Shown here: piece by piece, positions 39,888 through 50,500 of the stretch
How positions within the stretch are numbered: the stretch's first letter is position 1
Layout of the letters: each line of letters opens with the position of its first letter
NCBI GenBank assembly: GCA_028713005.1
Contig: JAQTPC010000002.1
Coordinates: forward strand, 36,643 to 100,642
Reading direction: 5' to 3'
DNA from: Minisyncoccota bacterium
GTDB lineage: Bacteria; Patescibacteriota; Minisyncoccia; Phycocordibacterales; PALSA-1337
DNA length: 64,000 bases
Notes under the pieces: generated by a model
The model's input: only the letters and a program-made list of their open reading frames with translations
The model's database searches: none
Told to the model about the DNA's origin: nothing
Position numbers and translations under genes: made by a program

Positions 39888-40036
39888 GTAGAATAAACAA
39901 TTCAAAACATTTTTAAATGACTGGGAAGTTGTGTGGCTTTTTTACTTTGATACAATTTATGCATATTTTCTTCTCTCTGCCTAAGAAGCAAAATGGTGAG
40001 GTTCGTTTATTAAGTTCGTTAACATGATAAATATAT

Positions 40037-40381
40037 ATGACTGAAAATAGTGCGCAAATGATAGTTGAAAAGCTTGAGGTTATTATTAACAATAAAATCA
40101 ATTCTCTAGACATTTCGATTAGTAAAAGGATTGATTCACTTGAAAATAGGATGGATGATCGTTTCGTTGTCCTTGAGGCGAAGTTCATAACCAGACTCGA
40201 AAAGGAAATAGGAAATCTTGCAGATGCTACAGGGAAAGGGTTTGCTGAGCAAGATCGAAAGATTGATGCTCTCCGAGATGAGTTAAAGGATGAGATGAAA
40301 CTTGGTTTCTCACTCGTTGACCATAAAATATCTTCTCTACAAGAATTTTATGCTTCAAAAAACGCATATCGGTTCGCCTAA
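40037..40381 (+). CDS. hypothetical coiled-coil protein
   Basis: 114-aa ORF with heptad-like Leu/Ile/Glu/Lys spacing. Confidence 0.35.
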   Translation: MTENSAQMIVEKLEVIINNKINSLDISISKRIDSLENRMDDRFVVLEAKFITRLEKEIGNLADATGKGFAEQDRKIDALRDELKDEMKLGFSLVDHKISSLQEFYASKNAYRFA

Positions 40382-40429
40382 CCTTTAAAACTAGATAAAA
40401 GTGAGAAAGTGTGTTATCGTCTAGTCCTA

Positions 40430-41449
40430 ATGGCATTCATCGACGAAATACAATTCCATGCGAAAGCGGGCCGAGGCGGCGACGGTGTCGTCCGTTGGCG
40501 TCATGAACGTGGAAAAGAATTCTCTGGCGCAGCCGGTGGCAATGGTGGTAAAGGTGGAGACATCTATGTTCGTGCTGTCCGTGATATCAATATTCTCGCA
40601 CGCCACAAAGTGGTAAAGGAATTCAAATCTCGCAGTGGTGATGAAGGGCAGAATTGGAGCCGTCAGGGCGCATCGGGGGAAGATTTTTATATCGAACTCC
40701 CGATTGGCTCTGTTATCCGCAATCTCCAGACAGATCGCGTCGTCGAACTCGTTGAAGATGGTCAAGTCTCAAAACTCCTCCACGGTGGTCGTGGTGGTGT
40801 TGGCAATGAACACTTCAAGGCTTCAACGAATGTCACTCCGATGCAATCAACTCCAGGTATGCCTGGTGAAGAAGCTGACTTTGTCGTCGAGCTAAACCTC
40901 ATTGCTGATGCAGGTCTCATCGGTCTTCCAAACGCTGGCAAATCGAGTCTTTTGAATGCGCTCACACGTGCCAATGCAAAAGTGGCAAGTTATGCCTTTA
41001 CCACACTCGATCCAAACCTCGGTGCACTCGCTGGTGGATATGTCCTCGCAGATATCCCAGGTCTTATCGAAGGTGCCTCAGAAGGTAAAGGTCTTGGTCA
41101 TAAATTCCTCAAGCACGTAAAACGTACCAAGATTCTTCTTCATCTCGTTTCTCTTGAAAATAAAGCACTTATTGGAACCTACAAAACTGTTCGCAAGGAG
41201 CTTGAAAAGTACGGTCATGGTCTCACTGATAAAAAGGAAATTCTTATACTCAGTAAAACGGATACAGTCACCGGTACACCAAAAGAAGTTGCTAAGAAAA
41301 TAAAAGACGCAAAGACTGCACTTAAGAAATACAATAAAAACATTTTGGAAGTCTCTATCCTCGATGATGCATCGCTCAAGAAGCTCGCTGATCAGATCGT
41401 GGTGCTTATTCGTCAGCAACAGGAAGAAGATGCAAAGACTGCAGAGTAG
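40430..41449 (+). CDS. obg: GTPase Obg/CgtA
   Basis: 'FIDEIQFHAKAGRGGDGVVRWRHEKGKEFSGAAGGNGGKGGDIYV' is the Obg fold. G1 'GLPNAGKSSLL'. The start was re-set to MAFIDE. Confidence 0.88.
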   Translation: MAFIDEIQFHAKAGRGGDGVVRWRHERGKEFSGAAGGNGGKGGDIYVRAVRDINILARHKVVKEFKSRSGDEGQNWSRQGASGEDFYIELPIGSVIRNLQTDRVVELVEDGQVSKLLHGGRGGVGNEHFKASTNVTPMQSTPGMPGEEADFVVELNLIADAGLIGLPNAGKSSLLNALTRANAKVASYAFTTLDPNLGALAGGYVLADIPGLIEGASEGKGLGHKFLKHVKRTKILLHLVSLENKALIGTYKTVRKELEKYGHGLTDKKEILILSKTDTVTGTPKEVAKKIKDAKTALKKYNKNILEVSILDDASLKKLADQIVVLIRQQQEEDAKTAE

Positions 41450-41466
41450 TTTGCATTCGGGCAATT

Positions 41467-41787
41467 TTGGCGCTAGAGTTATTTTCCAGAGAAAGGAAAA
41501 CTATGAAAGAGATTGAATATGATTCGGAAACCCTAACGAGGATGTTTCCAGATTTAAAGAAGGCGATTGAAAACAAGGACTTTAAAGTCATTAAAGTGCA
41601 AGCAGACGAAAGCACTCCAACTTTCACCATTGCACGGTTCCCGAACATGAGCATCTGTTCACCAGATGTTCTCACGATAGACAGGATCTGCACAATACTT
41701 TTCAGTGATATTAAGTTTGCAGATATCGCTTCAAGACCGTATGGATTACTTGGTATCGAGTTCGTGTCCAAGTCCTGTCCACGTTAA
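41467..41787 (+). CDS. hypothetical protein
   Basis: 106-aa ORF followed by a terminator. Confidence 0.4.
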   Translation: MALELFSRERKTMKEIEYDSETLTRMFPDLKKAIENKDFKVIKVQADESTPTFTIARFPNMSICSPDVLTIDRICTILFSDIKFADIASRPYGLLGIEFVSKSCPR

Positions 41788-41802
41788 TCGTTCGTAGTCT
41801 CA

Positions 41803-41829
41803 CCGCGCCGATACCCTCGGCGCGTTTTT
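41803..41829 (+). terminator. Rho-independent terminator
   Basis: CCGCGCCGA-TACCC-TCGGCGCG followed by TTTTT. Confidence 0.55.
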
Positions 41830-41843
41830 AATTTAGCGAAATT

Positions 41844-41873
41844 ATGTCCGCGCAACGTCCTTTAAGCGCGGAC
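41844..41873. repeat. 30-nt palindromic element, copy 2 (the exact reverse complement of 2766..2795)
   Basis: ATGTCCGCGCAACGTCCTTTAAGCGCGGAC. Confidence 0.6.
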
Positions 41874-42710
41874 GCGGTATTCGTTCAAGATATTCATCGC
41901 CATAGTCTCGTAGAATCTCGGTAGTTCTTCAAGGAACTCTGTTGACGTAAAACAGGTCATCTGCCTTGCGTATCGTATCGAAAGGCGGGAGTGTCGGAGG
42001 ATCTTTCTGGCTACTCGAGGTGAGACAGTGGCATTGAAGGCTTTCCTATATTCACGTACAGACCTATCTTTGCCAATAGTTTCTATAAGCCACTGTGTGA
42101 CAAGGGTATGTTGACCTTTCTTCATGTCTTCCGGCCAGTCGAGTGCGTCGTCAGAGAGTTGGCGAGCGCCGAGAAGATGATGAAAATATTTCTGGCATAA
42201 CTTGATGTTCTTGATCTCGACACGAACACTCATGAGCAGTGAAAGCAAGGGTACTGATACCGCGAGTGATTTAAGTATATATTTTTGTTTAACATTCAAA
42301 TTGTTTGTTTGGGATTCTGCATATTCCATCATACTTATCTTTCCAATCAGTTTACTTTTTTCTTTATCTGAAAGATGCAGTGCGCCTATATGTTCATCGA
42401 TGATTGGTCGAAGGGTTGAGAACATGTTTAAGTGCGTAACATCAAGCATTTTCTCATCCTGTATCTGATCAAATAAAGTCCATATTGTCCATCCTACCAG
42501 TCCGATAGCTACAGTTAGATCGGGGTTATTTCTGCCAGTATCAATTTTGAATTTTTTAGTAAACAACGAGCATGCTCGGTGAGGTAGTAATACGATATTG
42601 CTGATATTTTTCTTTTGTATTGTTTTATATAACTCGCATTTAATATGTAGCCACTGCACATGAGCAACAATGTACGGACTATTTTTGATTAGTTTGATTG
42701 CTTCTTTCAC
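41862..42710 (-). CDS. hypothetical protein with a single DDxxD motif (LSDDALDW), possibly an isoprenoid-synthase-like fold
   Basis: 282 aa. It is the last gene of the regulator-kinase-hypothetical minus-strand operon. Confidence 0.35.
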   Translation of the reverse strand: MKEAIKLIKNSPYIVAHVQWLHIKCELYKTIQKKNISNIVLLPHRACSLFTKKFKIDTGRNNPDLTVAIGLVGWTIWTLFDQIQDEKMLDVTHLNMFSTLRPIIDEHIGALHLSDKEKSKLIGKISMMEYAESQTNNLNVKQKYILKSLAVSVPLLSLLMSVRVEIKNIKLCQKYFHHLLGARQLSDDALDWPEDMKKGQHTLVTQWLIETIGKDRSVREYRKAFNATVSPRVARKILRHSRLSIRYARQMTCFTSTEFLEELPRFYETMAMNILNEYRVRA

Positions 42711-44190
42711 TGATTGGGATAGTTATTGTGATAGATGTGCCAAAACCTTTTTTGCTTTTAACATCAAGCGAACCGCCGAGTTCATTTTTTACGATTGAAT
42801 ATGTGTTCATAAGACCTATTCCAGTGCCTCCTGATTTTGTTGTTTTGGGATGAGTAAATAATCTTTGTGTCTGCAACTCATCCATACCACATCCATTGTC
42901 AGAGACAGTGATACGAGCTGATCCTGATACTGCCTCTGCATCAACACAAACACATCTTTCTGTTGAAAAATCTTGCTCTGATTTATCTTGAGAACAGGCA
43001 TCGATTGCATTTGAAAGTATATTGATCAGTATCTGATGTATACGTAGTGGGTGGGCAAGCACCATGATCGGCTCTTCGACATGTATATCAATGTGCACAT
43101 GTGAGCGACGTGCGCTGTACGCTAAGATGTCTCTCGCTATTATTATTTCCTTGTATATATCAGCAGTAGAATAATCATCTGTCTTTGTTGGGCATATATG
43201 ATGTCGAGCGCTTTCCATAAAGGACTTCATTCTCTGTGAAGCAGATAAGGTTTTCTTGATCATTTCTTGTATAGCATCAGTCGAGTATTTTTCTGAATTT
43301 GTGCTCACTTCTTCCATGTATAGGCTCATAGAAGAAAGTGGGCTCATCATGTCATGAATCACCCCTTGCGCCAGTTCACCCACTTTGACTACGTGCTCGA
43401 TCTCAGAGAGTCTTTTTTCTTGATTGACGATTAGCTGCTCTGTACGTTCACTGACTCGTTGTTCAAGTGTGTCACGCTCGACTTGCAAAAGCTTTTCTGA
43501 CCTACGGGCGCGCTGGAGGGAAGCATCTATCTCTCTGTTTGAAAGCCATGCGATAAAGCTGATAAATAAGAACATGACCGAATAGGTAATCACGTCAGTT
43601 ACGCTTATTTCATCAAGTCGCCAGTCAGGAACATTGAGACGGATTGCTTCATGTATGCCGAGTATGGCTAAGCTCCCAATCATGATTCCTGCAGTGATAA
43701 ATCCTGCTGTAGAGTTGATAAGTACATTTGCGATAACAATTACGAGTACTGTCAATAGAAGCGTTTCGGGTAAGCTCGCACCCCATTTCCATCCAGTATA
43801 AATTGTTCCAACTGCATTTATTATCAAAAGGTAATTAGAGGAAATTTTCCAGTAGCCTTTCTTTGATAGGTAGAGTAACGTTGCATATAGAATAATAATC
43901 AGTGTAAAGAACACAGGATTCATGCCCGCATATCCTTCTACGTGCACCGCATTCCAAATGAGTGTCGTACCAAGAATACAAAGTGCTATCAGCGAAAGGA
44001 CAAGAATAATATTGAGTATGTACTCACGACGTCTGTCATCTTCGTTTAGCGAAATCGGTTTAATTATTTCTTTAAATCTTGATAAACACACCATCGCACG
44101 AGTTATCCGTACTCGTGCGATGAGCCTTATTTTCTCTACTGCCTGAATAGGGAATGAAGGCATGTGTGCTTTAACTATTCCATGGAGCAT
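42679..44190 (-). CDS. sensor histidine kinase (membrane N-terminal domain, HisKA plus HATPase_c)
   Basis: H-box 'VIHDMMSPLSSM', N-box 'ILINILSNAIDAC' and G-boxes 'DNGCGMD...GGTGIGL'. Confidence 0.75.
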   Translation of the reverse strand: MLHGIVKAHMPSFPIQAVEKIRLIARVRITRAMVCLSRFKEIIKPISLNEDDRRREYILNIILVLSLIALCILGTTLIWNAVHVEGYAGMNPVFFTLIIILYATLLYLSKKGYWKISSNYLLIINAVGTIYTGWKWGASLPETLLLTVLVIVIANVLINSTAGFITAGIMIGSLAILGIHEAIRLNVPDWRLDEISVTDVITYSVMFLFISFIAWLSNREIDASLQRARRSEKLLQVERDTLEQRVSERTEQLIVNQEKRLSEIEHVVKVGELAQGVIHDMMSPLSSMSLYMEEVSTNSEKYSTDAIQEMIKKTLSASQRMKSFMESARHHICPTKTDDYSTADIYKEIIIARDILAYSARRSHVHIDIHVEEPIMVLAHPLRIHQILINILSNAIDACSQDKSEQDFSTERCVCVDAEAVSGSARITVSDNGCGMDELQTQRLFTHPKTTKSGGTGIGLMNTYSIVKNELGGSLDVKSKKGFGTSITITIPISERSNQTNQK

Positions 44191-44387
44191 ATGCTCCGTC
44201 GTTCTTTAGATCGAGAGGTCGGGTGCTCTGATCTTTAGATAATACGCGCATCATTGGTGGTAACATCATCATATTAATAATTGTTATGTCGACACATAAC
44301 TGCATCAAGCATATCAAGCGGTGATAAAGGACCCGTGAATAAATTCTCAAGAAACGATAAAGTTTATGAGTAAATGAGTCCATTTAT

Positions 44388-45083
44388 TTATTTGCCAAAC
44401 CGAGCCAATTTTTGAGGAGTATCCATGATATATCCGTGGCCAGGTATGTTTGCAATGAGATCTTTCTTGTTTCCAGTATTTATTTTCTTTCTCAAGTTAC
44501 GGATATGCGCCTCAACTGTATTTGAGAATGGGTCGCTATCAGCCGTCCAGACATGTTCCATGAGAGTGCTTCTAGATACGATGATGCCTTGATGTCTCAT
44601 CATATATTCAAGCAATGCAAATTCTTTTCTCGTTAGATGAACATGTATCCCTGATCTGATGGCACTATGAGAACTGAGGTCAAGAGTAAGGTCATCAATC
44701 GTTAGTTGATCATTTCTGACGGTTGGTGTTCTGCGTGACACAGCTTTTATGCGCGAACGAAGCTCTGTCATTGAAAATGGCTTTACTACATAATCATCAG
44801 CACCACTGTCTAGTGCCTGAACTTTTGTCTCAACACTGCCATTCACTGATACAAAGATAATCGGGGTAGCTTTTCCGGCGCCACGAATATCACTACATAC
44901 CGTCAATCCATTTTTCCCGGGTAGTGAGTGGTCTAGTATAACGCAATCATAATCATAACTACGACCAAGGAATGAGCCCTCGGTGCCGTTATTTGCTATA
45001 TCAACTGCGTGCGTATCAGCTTGGAGTCCAAGTCGTAACGCATCTGAAATTAAAGGATCATCTTCAACAAGTAAAATTTTCAT
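44388..45083 (-). CDS. OmpR-family response regulator
   Basis: 'MKILLVEDDPLISDALRLGL' receiver domain plus a C-terminal winged helix 'LTRKEFALLEYMMRHQGIIVSRSTLMEHVW'. The start was re-set to an internal Met. Confidence 0.8.
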   Translation of the reverse strand: MKILLVEDDPLISDALRLGLQADTHAVDIANNGTEGSFLGRSYDYDCVILDHSLPGKNGLTVCSDIRGAGKATPIIFVSVNGSVETKVQALDSGADDYVVKPFSMTELRSRIKAVSRRTPTVRNDQLTIDDLTLDLSSHSAIRSGIHVHLTRKEFALLEYMMRHQGIIVSRSTLMEHVWTADSDPFSNTVEAHIRNLRKKINTGNKKDLIANIPGHGYIMDTPQKLARFGK

Positions 45084-45194
45084 GGCGCTAGTATAACAAA
45101 TAATAAAAGCACAGTACAAATATATTTGACAACCCCCCCTCTTAAAGTTACAGTTTCCTCGTATTTGTTCCCAAACATTCCAATAAAAGGAATT

Positions 45195-45605
45195 ATGAAA
45201 ACTCAAAAGAAAAGTAAACCGCATGTGAACGTGGGCGTCATCGGACACTTTCATGCCCGTGACGATTTGTTCGTTTCAGCAATCCTGGCATGCATCGGGC
45301 ACTCAGAACGTGGCGATGTGATCCTGGTTGTCCCTGAGGATACGACGGATGAACAGTTGAAGGGCATGATTAAGGAATGTGTTAATTTGCATTCTCTTGT
45401 CGTTACACCCATTTCGTCGCCCCCAGACACAGCTACGATTAAGGCCAGTCTTGCAGGGATTCTCGAGTCCATCCAGAAGCTTCCTGCTCCGGTTCCTGCA
45501 TATCAAGGAACTCCCTGGCCCCCACTTAAAAAACGTGTGCCACTGAAGTATCTTCCTGGACACAAACACCGTGTCAGTATCCATTCATCCCGCGCTCGTC
45601 GATAA
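45195..45605 (+). CDS. degenerate EF-Tu G-domain-like protein (P-loop and NKxD motifs lost)
   Basis: 'KPHVNVGVIGHFHARDDL' compared with EF-Tu 'KPHVNVGTIGHVDHGKTTL'. Later 'ILVVPEDTTDEQL' compared with 'IVFLNKCDMVDDEEL'. The region is relatively GC-rich. Confidence 0.35.
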   Translation: MKTQKKSKPHVNVGVIGHFHARDDLFVSAILACIGHSERGDVILVVPEDTTDEQLKGMIKECVNLHSLVVTPISSPPDTATIKASLAGILESIQKLPAPVPAYQGTPWPPLKKRVPLKYLPGHKHRVSIHSSRARR

Positions 45606-45657
45606 TGCCATTATCGACGGTGCGGTTTTTTATTTGTATATGATATAGAATAGCTAC

Positions 45658-45909
45658 ATGACTCTCTTCAAAGATAAGATCTTCAGTATCGTCAAGAAAA
45701 TTCCAAAGGGTAAAACCATGACTTATAAAGAGGTTGCACTGAAAGCTGGTAGACCTCGGGCTTTTCGTGCTATCGGTAATATTTTGAATACAAACTATGA
45801 CCCAAAGATACCCTGTCATCGAGTAGTCCGAAGTGATGGTAAAACTGGTGGCTGGAATAGGGGAATGAAGCAAAAAGCTGAATTACTCAAAAAGGAGAAA
45901 GGTAATTGA
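45658..45909 (+). CDS. MGMT-family winged-helix DNA-binding domain protein (6-O-methylguanine-DNA methyltransferase C-terminal domain-like, stand-alone)
   Basis: 'TMTYKEVALKAGRPRAFRAIGNILNTNYDPKIPCHRVV' includes the PCHRV active-site motif. Confidence 0.6.
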   Translation: MTLFKDKIFSIVKKIPKGKTMTYKEVALKAGRPRAFRAIGNILNTNYDPKIPCHRVVRSDGKTGGWNRGMKQKAELLKKEKGN

Positions 45910-45930
45910 CTAGTTTTTGATTACATTGTA

Positions 45931-46404
45931 GTGTTGCTTCAGAAAAGGAACATTATGAATCAAAGAAATATTATTGAGGTTACGCAGCAGATTATCTATG
46001 CGAAACCTGTTGGTGTTGAGTCAAATGACAGCATGGTCGGTCTGATTGACCCTCAAGACATCACAAGCCGTATCTGCGAGCGTATCTTGGATGGGCAACG
46101 CGTTAAAGTGTATGAGATCACTAGTGATGAACTCGAGGCATTCATCGAGGGCCGTATTCATGGCAGTCTGAAGATCAATACGTATCTTGGGTCGTTGGGA
46201 GAAAAAGTGATCGTGCGAGCATTGCTCGGCATCAAGTCAGGGGACGTCACTGTAAAGCGAGAGCTCGATAAAGTGATTGCTAACCGTCTCATTGCACTCA
46301 GACTGGCATCAAGGCCTTCTCGTGAAGAACACAAATCACCCCGTTCAAAAAAGCCACATCGCCGTCCGATTAAGCGAGTTCTCGTATTTAATTACAGCAA
46401 GTGA
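45931..46404 (+). CDS. hypothetical protein
   Basis: 157-aa ORF with a basic C-terminal tail. Confidence 0.35.
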   Translation: MLLQKRNIMNQRNIIEVTQQIIYAKPVGVESNDSMVGLIDPQDITSRICERILDGQRVKVYEITSDELEAFIEGRIHGSLKINTYLGSLGEKVIVRALLGIKSGDVTVKRELDKVIANRLIALRLASRPSREEHKSPRSKKPHRRPIKRVLVFNYSK

Positions 46405-46469
46405 ACTCGCACTATTACTATCACCCGTCGTCTTTTATGGCGACGGTTTTTTTATGTTAAAATACTCCC

Positions 46470-47240
46470 ATGTCTGACTTCTACAACCCTCGCCGAACAC
46501 GCAATGTTTTTGACCCGAAGAGCACTGAATACTTCAAAGCCAGTCGCTCAAAGATCGACCTTTTCCTGAATTGTCCATTGTGTTACTACCTCGATGCGCG
46601 TCTCGGTGTGGCTCGTCCTCCCGGTTTTCCATTTTCACTCAACTCTGCCGTCGATACGCTTCTCAAAAAAGAGTTCGACATCCTCCGTGAAAAGAAGCGT
46701 CCTCATCCGCTCATGCATGCTTTTGGTGTGCGTGATGTGATCCCGTTTGCGCATGAAGACATGGATATCTGGCGCTCAAACTTCAAAGGCATCACGTACC
46801 TTGATCCTGAAACTAACTTGCTCATCACCGGTGCAGTAGATGATGTTTGGATAAACGAAAAAGGTGAGCTTATCATCGTCGACTACAAATCAACTAGTAA
46901 GGAAGAAAAAGTGACCCTCGATAAAGAGTGGCAGATCGGCTATAAGCGCCAGATGGAAGTGTATCAATGGCTGTTCCGCAAGAATGGATTTGAGGTTTCA
47001 CCAACAGGGTACTTCGTCTACTGTAATGGCAAGACTGATGTGAAGTCATTTGATGCGAAGCTTGAGTTCGATATTGATCTTATTCCATACACCGGCAACC
47101 CTGATTGGATCGAACCATTGCTTCCAAAAATGAAGACCTGTCTTATGAGTGAAAAGCCCCCAAAACCAAATGCTGAGTGCGACTATTGTCGTTACCGTAA
47201 GGCTGCCCGAGATGTGCAAGAAGAGCAAAAGAAGGGGTAG
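46470..47240 (+). CDS. PD-(D/E)XK nuclease with a 4-Cys cluster (Cas4/RecB-nuclease-like), stand-alone
   Basis: N-terminal 'CPLCYY' and C-terminal 'CDYCRY'. 'GAVDDVW...GELIIVDYKST' supplies the D...E.K catalytic motifs. Confidence 0.55.
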   Translation: MSDFYNPRRTRNVFDPKSTEYFKASRSKIDLFLNCPLCYYLDARLGVARPPGFPFSLNSAVDTLLKKEFDILREKKRPHPLMHAFGVRDVIPFAHEDMDIWRSNFKGITYLDPETNLLITGAVDDVWINEKGELIIVDYKSTSKEEKVTLDKEWQIGYKRQMEVYQWLFRKNGFEVSPTGYFVYCNGKTDVKSFDAKLEFDIDLIPYTGNPDWIEPLLPKMKTCLMSEKPPKPNAECDYCRYRKAARDVQEEQKKG

Positions 47241-47246
47241 GTGTGT

Positions 47247-47543
47247 TTACTTTGGCGAAACCTCAAAACTGTCCACGATAAGTTTCGTCACCTTTTCAAT
47301 ATCTTTTGTATAAATAAATACATATTGAACAGCTCCATTGCCACGAACCACAGCCTTCACTCCTCCACTTATTGGCAAAAATTTTATATCACGTCTGCCA
47401 CCAGACACGTGTCTGATTTCTCCGAGACTGATTTTAGTAACTTCAGGAAGTCTGGTTATGAGATTCACCACTTCAGCAGATGCGTCAGTTGTTGTGCCAT
47501 GACTGCTGGTTATTTTGCCACCGAGCTTGGGAGTTATTGCCAT
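47247..47543 (-). CDS. small hypothetical protein (weak SpoVS-like resemblance)
   Basis: 98-aa ORF ending '...KLIVDSFEVSPK'. The resemblance is weak. Confidence 0.25.
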   Translation of the reverse strand: MAITPKLGGKITSSHGTTTDASAEVVNLITRLPEVTKISLGEIRHVSGGRRDIKFLPISGGVKAVVRGNGAVQYVFIYTKDIEKVTKLIVDSFEVSPK

Positions 47544-47548
47544 GATTT

Positions 47549-50500
47549 TTACAACACCTTCACCCTCTCCAAGATAAAACCTTTCTCATCATTGCGACTA
47601 TTCACGGTCGCCTTGATAGCCAAACACTTATCAATGACGAGATGTGCGGCAAACTCCTTGTACGATCTAGGAAATACAACTACCTCCGCTGAACCAGAAA
47701 AGTCAGCGACAGTCATGAAAGCCATGGTCTCATTTTTCTTGGTTTGGATCGGGCGTATAGCAGTGACGATGACAGCGACCACGACCGCATCACCATCTTT
47801 CTTTGTATCTAAAGCCTTTTTTATATTGATATCACTCTTTGTGATCGCATCGCGATATTTTTCGAGAGGATGACCAGAGAGGTACAAGCCGAGCAATTCT
47901 TTTTCCCAGGCAAGACGGTCTTTCATATCTATCGGAGGCACGGGGAGGAGCTTGAGGGCAGGCACTGAAGCACTGTCTGACATCATGCCGAAGAGTGAGG
48001 TTTGATCGCTGTGACCAGCGCCACTTTCTTTGTTGTATGCGAGCAGGAGATCGAGGTTGCCGAGGAGTACTGCACGGTCTTCGCCAAAACAATCGAGTGC
48101 ACCAGCTTTGATGAGTGATTCGAGTGATTTTTTATTGAGATTTCTATCCTTGATACGTTCGAGGAAACTTGAGAGAGAGGTGAATGGACCATTTTTCTTA
48201 CGTTCATCGATGATAGTGGTTGCTATGCCTTGACCGAAGTTTTTGATAGTGACTAGTCCAAAACGGATACGAGACTTTTCGCCATCTTTGATGACGGTAA
48301 ACTGACTGAAGCTTTCATTGACATCAGGTGGCAATACAGGGATCTCCATACGCTTACACTCTTCAATAGTCTCAGCAACTTTTTCTACTTCACCCGACTC
48401 TGATGAAAGCACTGCTGATAGATATATCTCAGGGAAATGTGCTTTGAGGTATGCGGTGATGTAAGCTACGCGACCGTAGGATACTGAGTGAGCTTTGTTA
48501 AAACCGTACGCTGCGAACGGCTCAATCCATTTCCAGACTTCTTTTGCTTTCTTTGGTGACCATTTGCTATGGCTGATACATCCTTCGATGAATTTCTCCT
48601 TCTGCTTCGCCATCTCCTCAGGGATCTTTTTACCGACAGCTTTACGGAATTTGTCCACTTCACCCCACGAGTAACCGGCGATGAGGTGCGCCATCATGAG
48701 GAGGTCATCTTGATAGACGAGGATGCCGTATGTCTTGTCGAGGATCTTTTCGAGCATCGGGTCGAGGTACTGGATGAGAGAACGATCGTGCTTGCGGGCG
48801 ATATAGTCAGGGATGAAGCCGATAGGTCCCGGACGGTAGAGCGCCACCATAGCATTGATATCGTGGATGGTGGTCGGCTTGAGGTCTTTGAGGAAGCGCG
48901 TCATGCCATCGCCGTTCAACTGGAAGAGGTCAGCGGTCTCTCCGCGCGCGAGCATCTCGAATGTTTTTGTATCATCGACGGGAATGGTGTCATAGTCGAC
49001 AGTGACTCCTTCGATGCTTTTGATACGATCGATAGCATCAGCGATGATGGTGAGGTTTTTGAGACCAAGGAAGTCAAACTTGAGCAGACCTGCCTCTTCG
49101 ATCGAGTACATATCGTACTGACTGATGATCTTGCCTTCACCTTTTGGATCGAACTGGAGCGGAGTAAAGTCAGTGAGAGCCGTAGGGGCAATAACAACAC
49201 CGGCAGCATGGACACCGATATGACGTGCACATCCTTCGATCTTCATGGCCATATCGATGATGCGACGAGTGTCAGGTTCGGTGTCATACATTGTCTTGAG
49301 GTCAGGTGTTTCAGTGAGAGCACGTTCGATTGTCATGGCGAATCCTTGTGAACCCATAGGGATCATCTTGGAGATGCGGTCACCGGTCGCTACAGGAAAA
49401 CCAAGCGCACGAGCAACGTCGCGGACTGAACCACGTGCTGCCATAGTTCCGAATGTACCGATCTGGGCCACTTTCTCTGCGCCGTACTTTCTGCGAACAT
49501 AGTCAATCATCTCATCACGACGATCATCAGCATAGTCCATATCGATATCAGGAGCAGAAGGACGATCAGGGTTAAGGAAACGCTCGAAAGGAATCTCGTA
49601 CTCTATAGGGTTGATATTGGTGATACCAGAGAGATATGTCACCAGAGAACCGGAGACGGATCCACGAATGTTAGAGAGAATACCATTCTCTTTTGCAAAA
49701 CGAAGGAGGTCCGCTACTACGAGGAAGTACGGTGCATATCCTTTGTCGCGGATGACTTTGAGCTCATACTCGGCGCGTTTGACGAGCTCTGGAGTTTGTT
49801 CAAGTCCACGTACAGGAAATCCTTCGTATACGAGATGTTTGAGTTCATCATCAGGTGTACGTCCACTTTCTACAATAAATGCAGGGAAGACCCATTTACC
49901 AAGTTCCATTTCAAAGTTACAGCGATCAACTATCTTTGCAGTATTTTCTAGCGCTTCAGGCATATCTCGGAAGAGTTCTTCTGCTCGTTCGCCAGAGATA
50001 AAAGAAAAATCATCTTCGTCATTCTCAGACATACGGTCAGATGAGTCACTGTGACTGTTGACGCGGACGAGCGTTTCGCGCGCCAGGCGGTCATCTGGCA
50101 CCATATAGTAGACATCATGAGCTGCCATGATGGGAATGTTTTGACTCTTGGCAAAACTAGCTAGTGTCGCCATGTTAGCTTCGTGACCGTCCATCTCTGG
50201 GTGGTGAGTGATCTCTATGTAGAGGCGGTCTCCGAAAACCTTTTTATACCATTCTGCAATCTCTTTTGCTTTGTCCTGATTTCTACCTTTGAGTGCCTGG
50301 ACGATGTCGCCAGAGAATGAGGGTGAAATGCAAATAAGACCTTCATAATATTTTTCAAGTAACTCACGGTCGATGCGAGGTTTATAGTAAAAACCTTCGA
50401 GGTGGGAGAGGGTGACGAGATGAACGAGGTTACGGTAGCCAGTTTCATTCATGGCGAGGAGGACGAGACGAGTGCGACGATTGTCGATACCGGCTTGCAT

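Noticed and set aside
48569-49351. 260-aa plus-strand ORF, highly acidic
   Set aside because: It is antisense within dnaE. It has no motifs.
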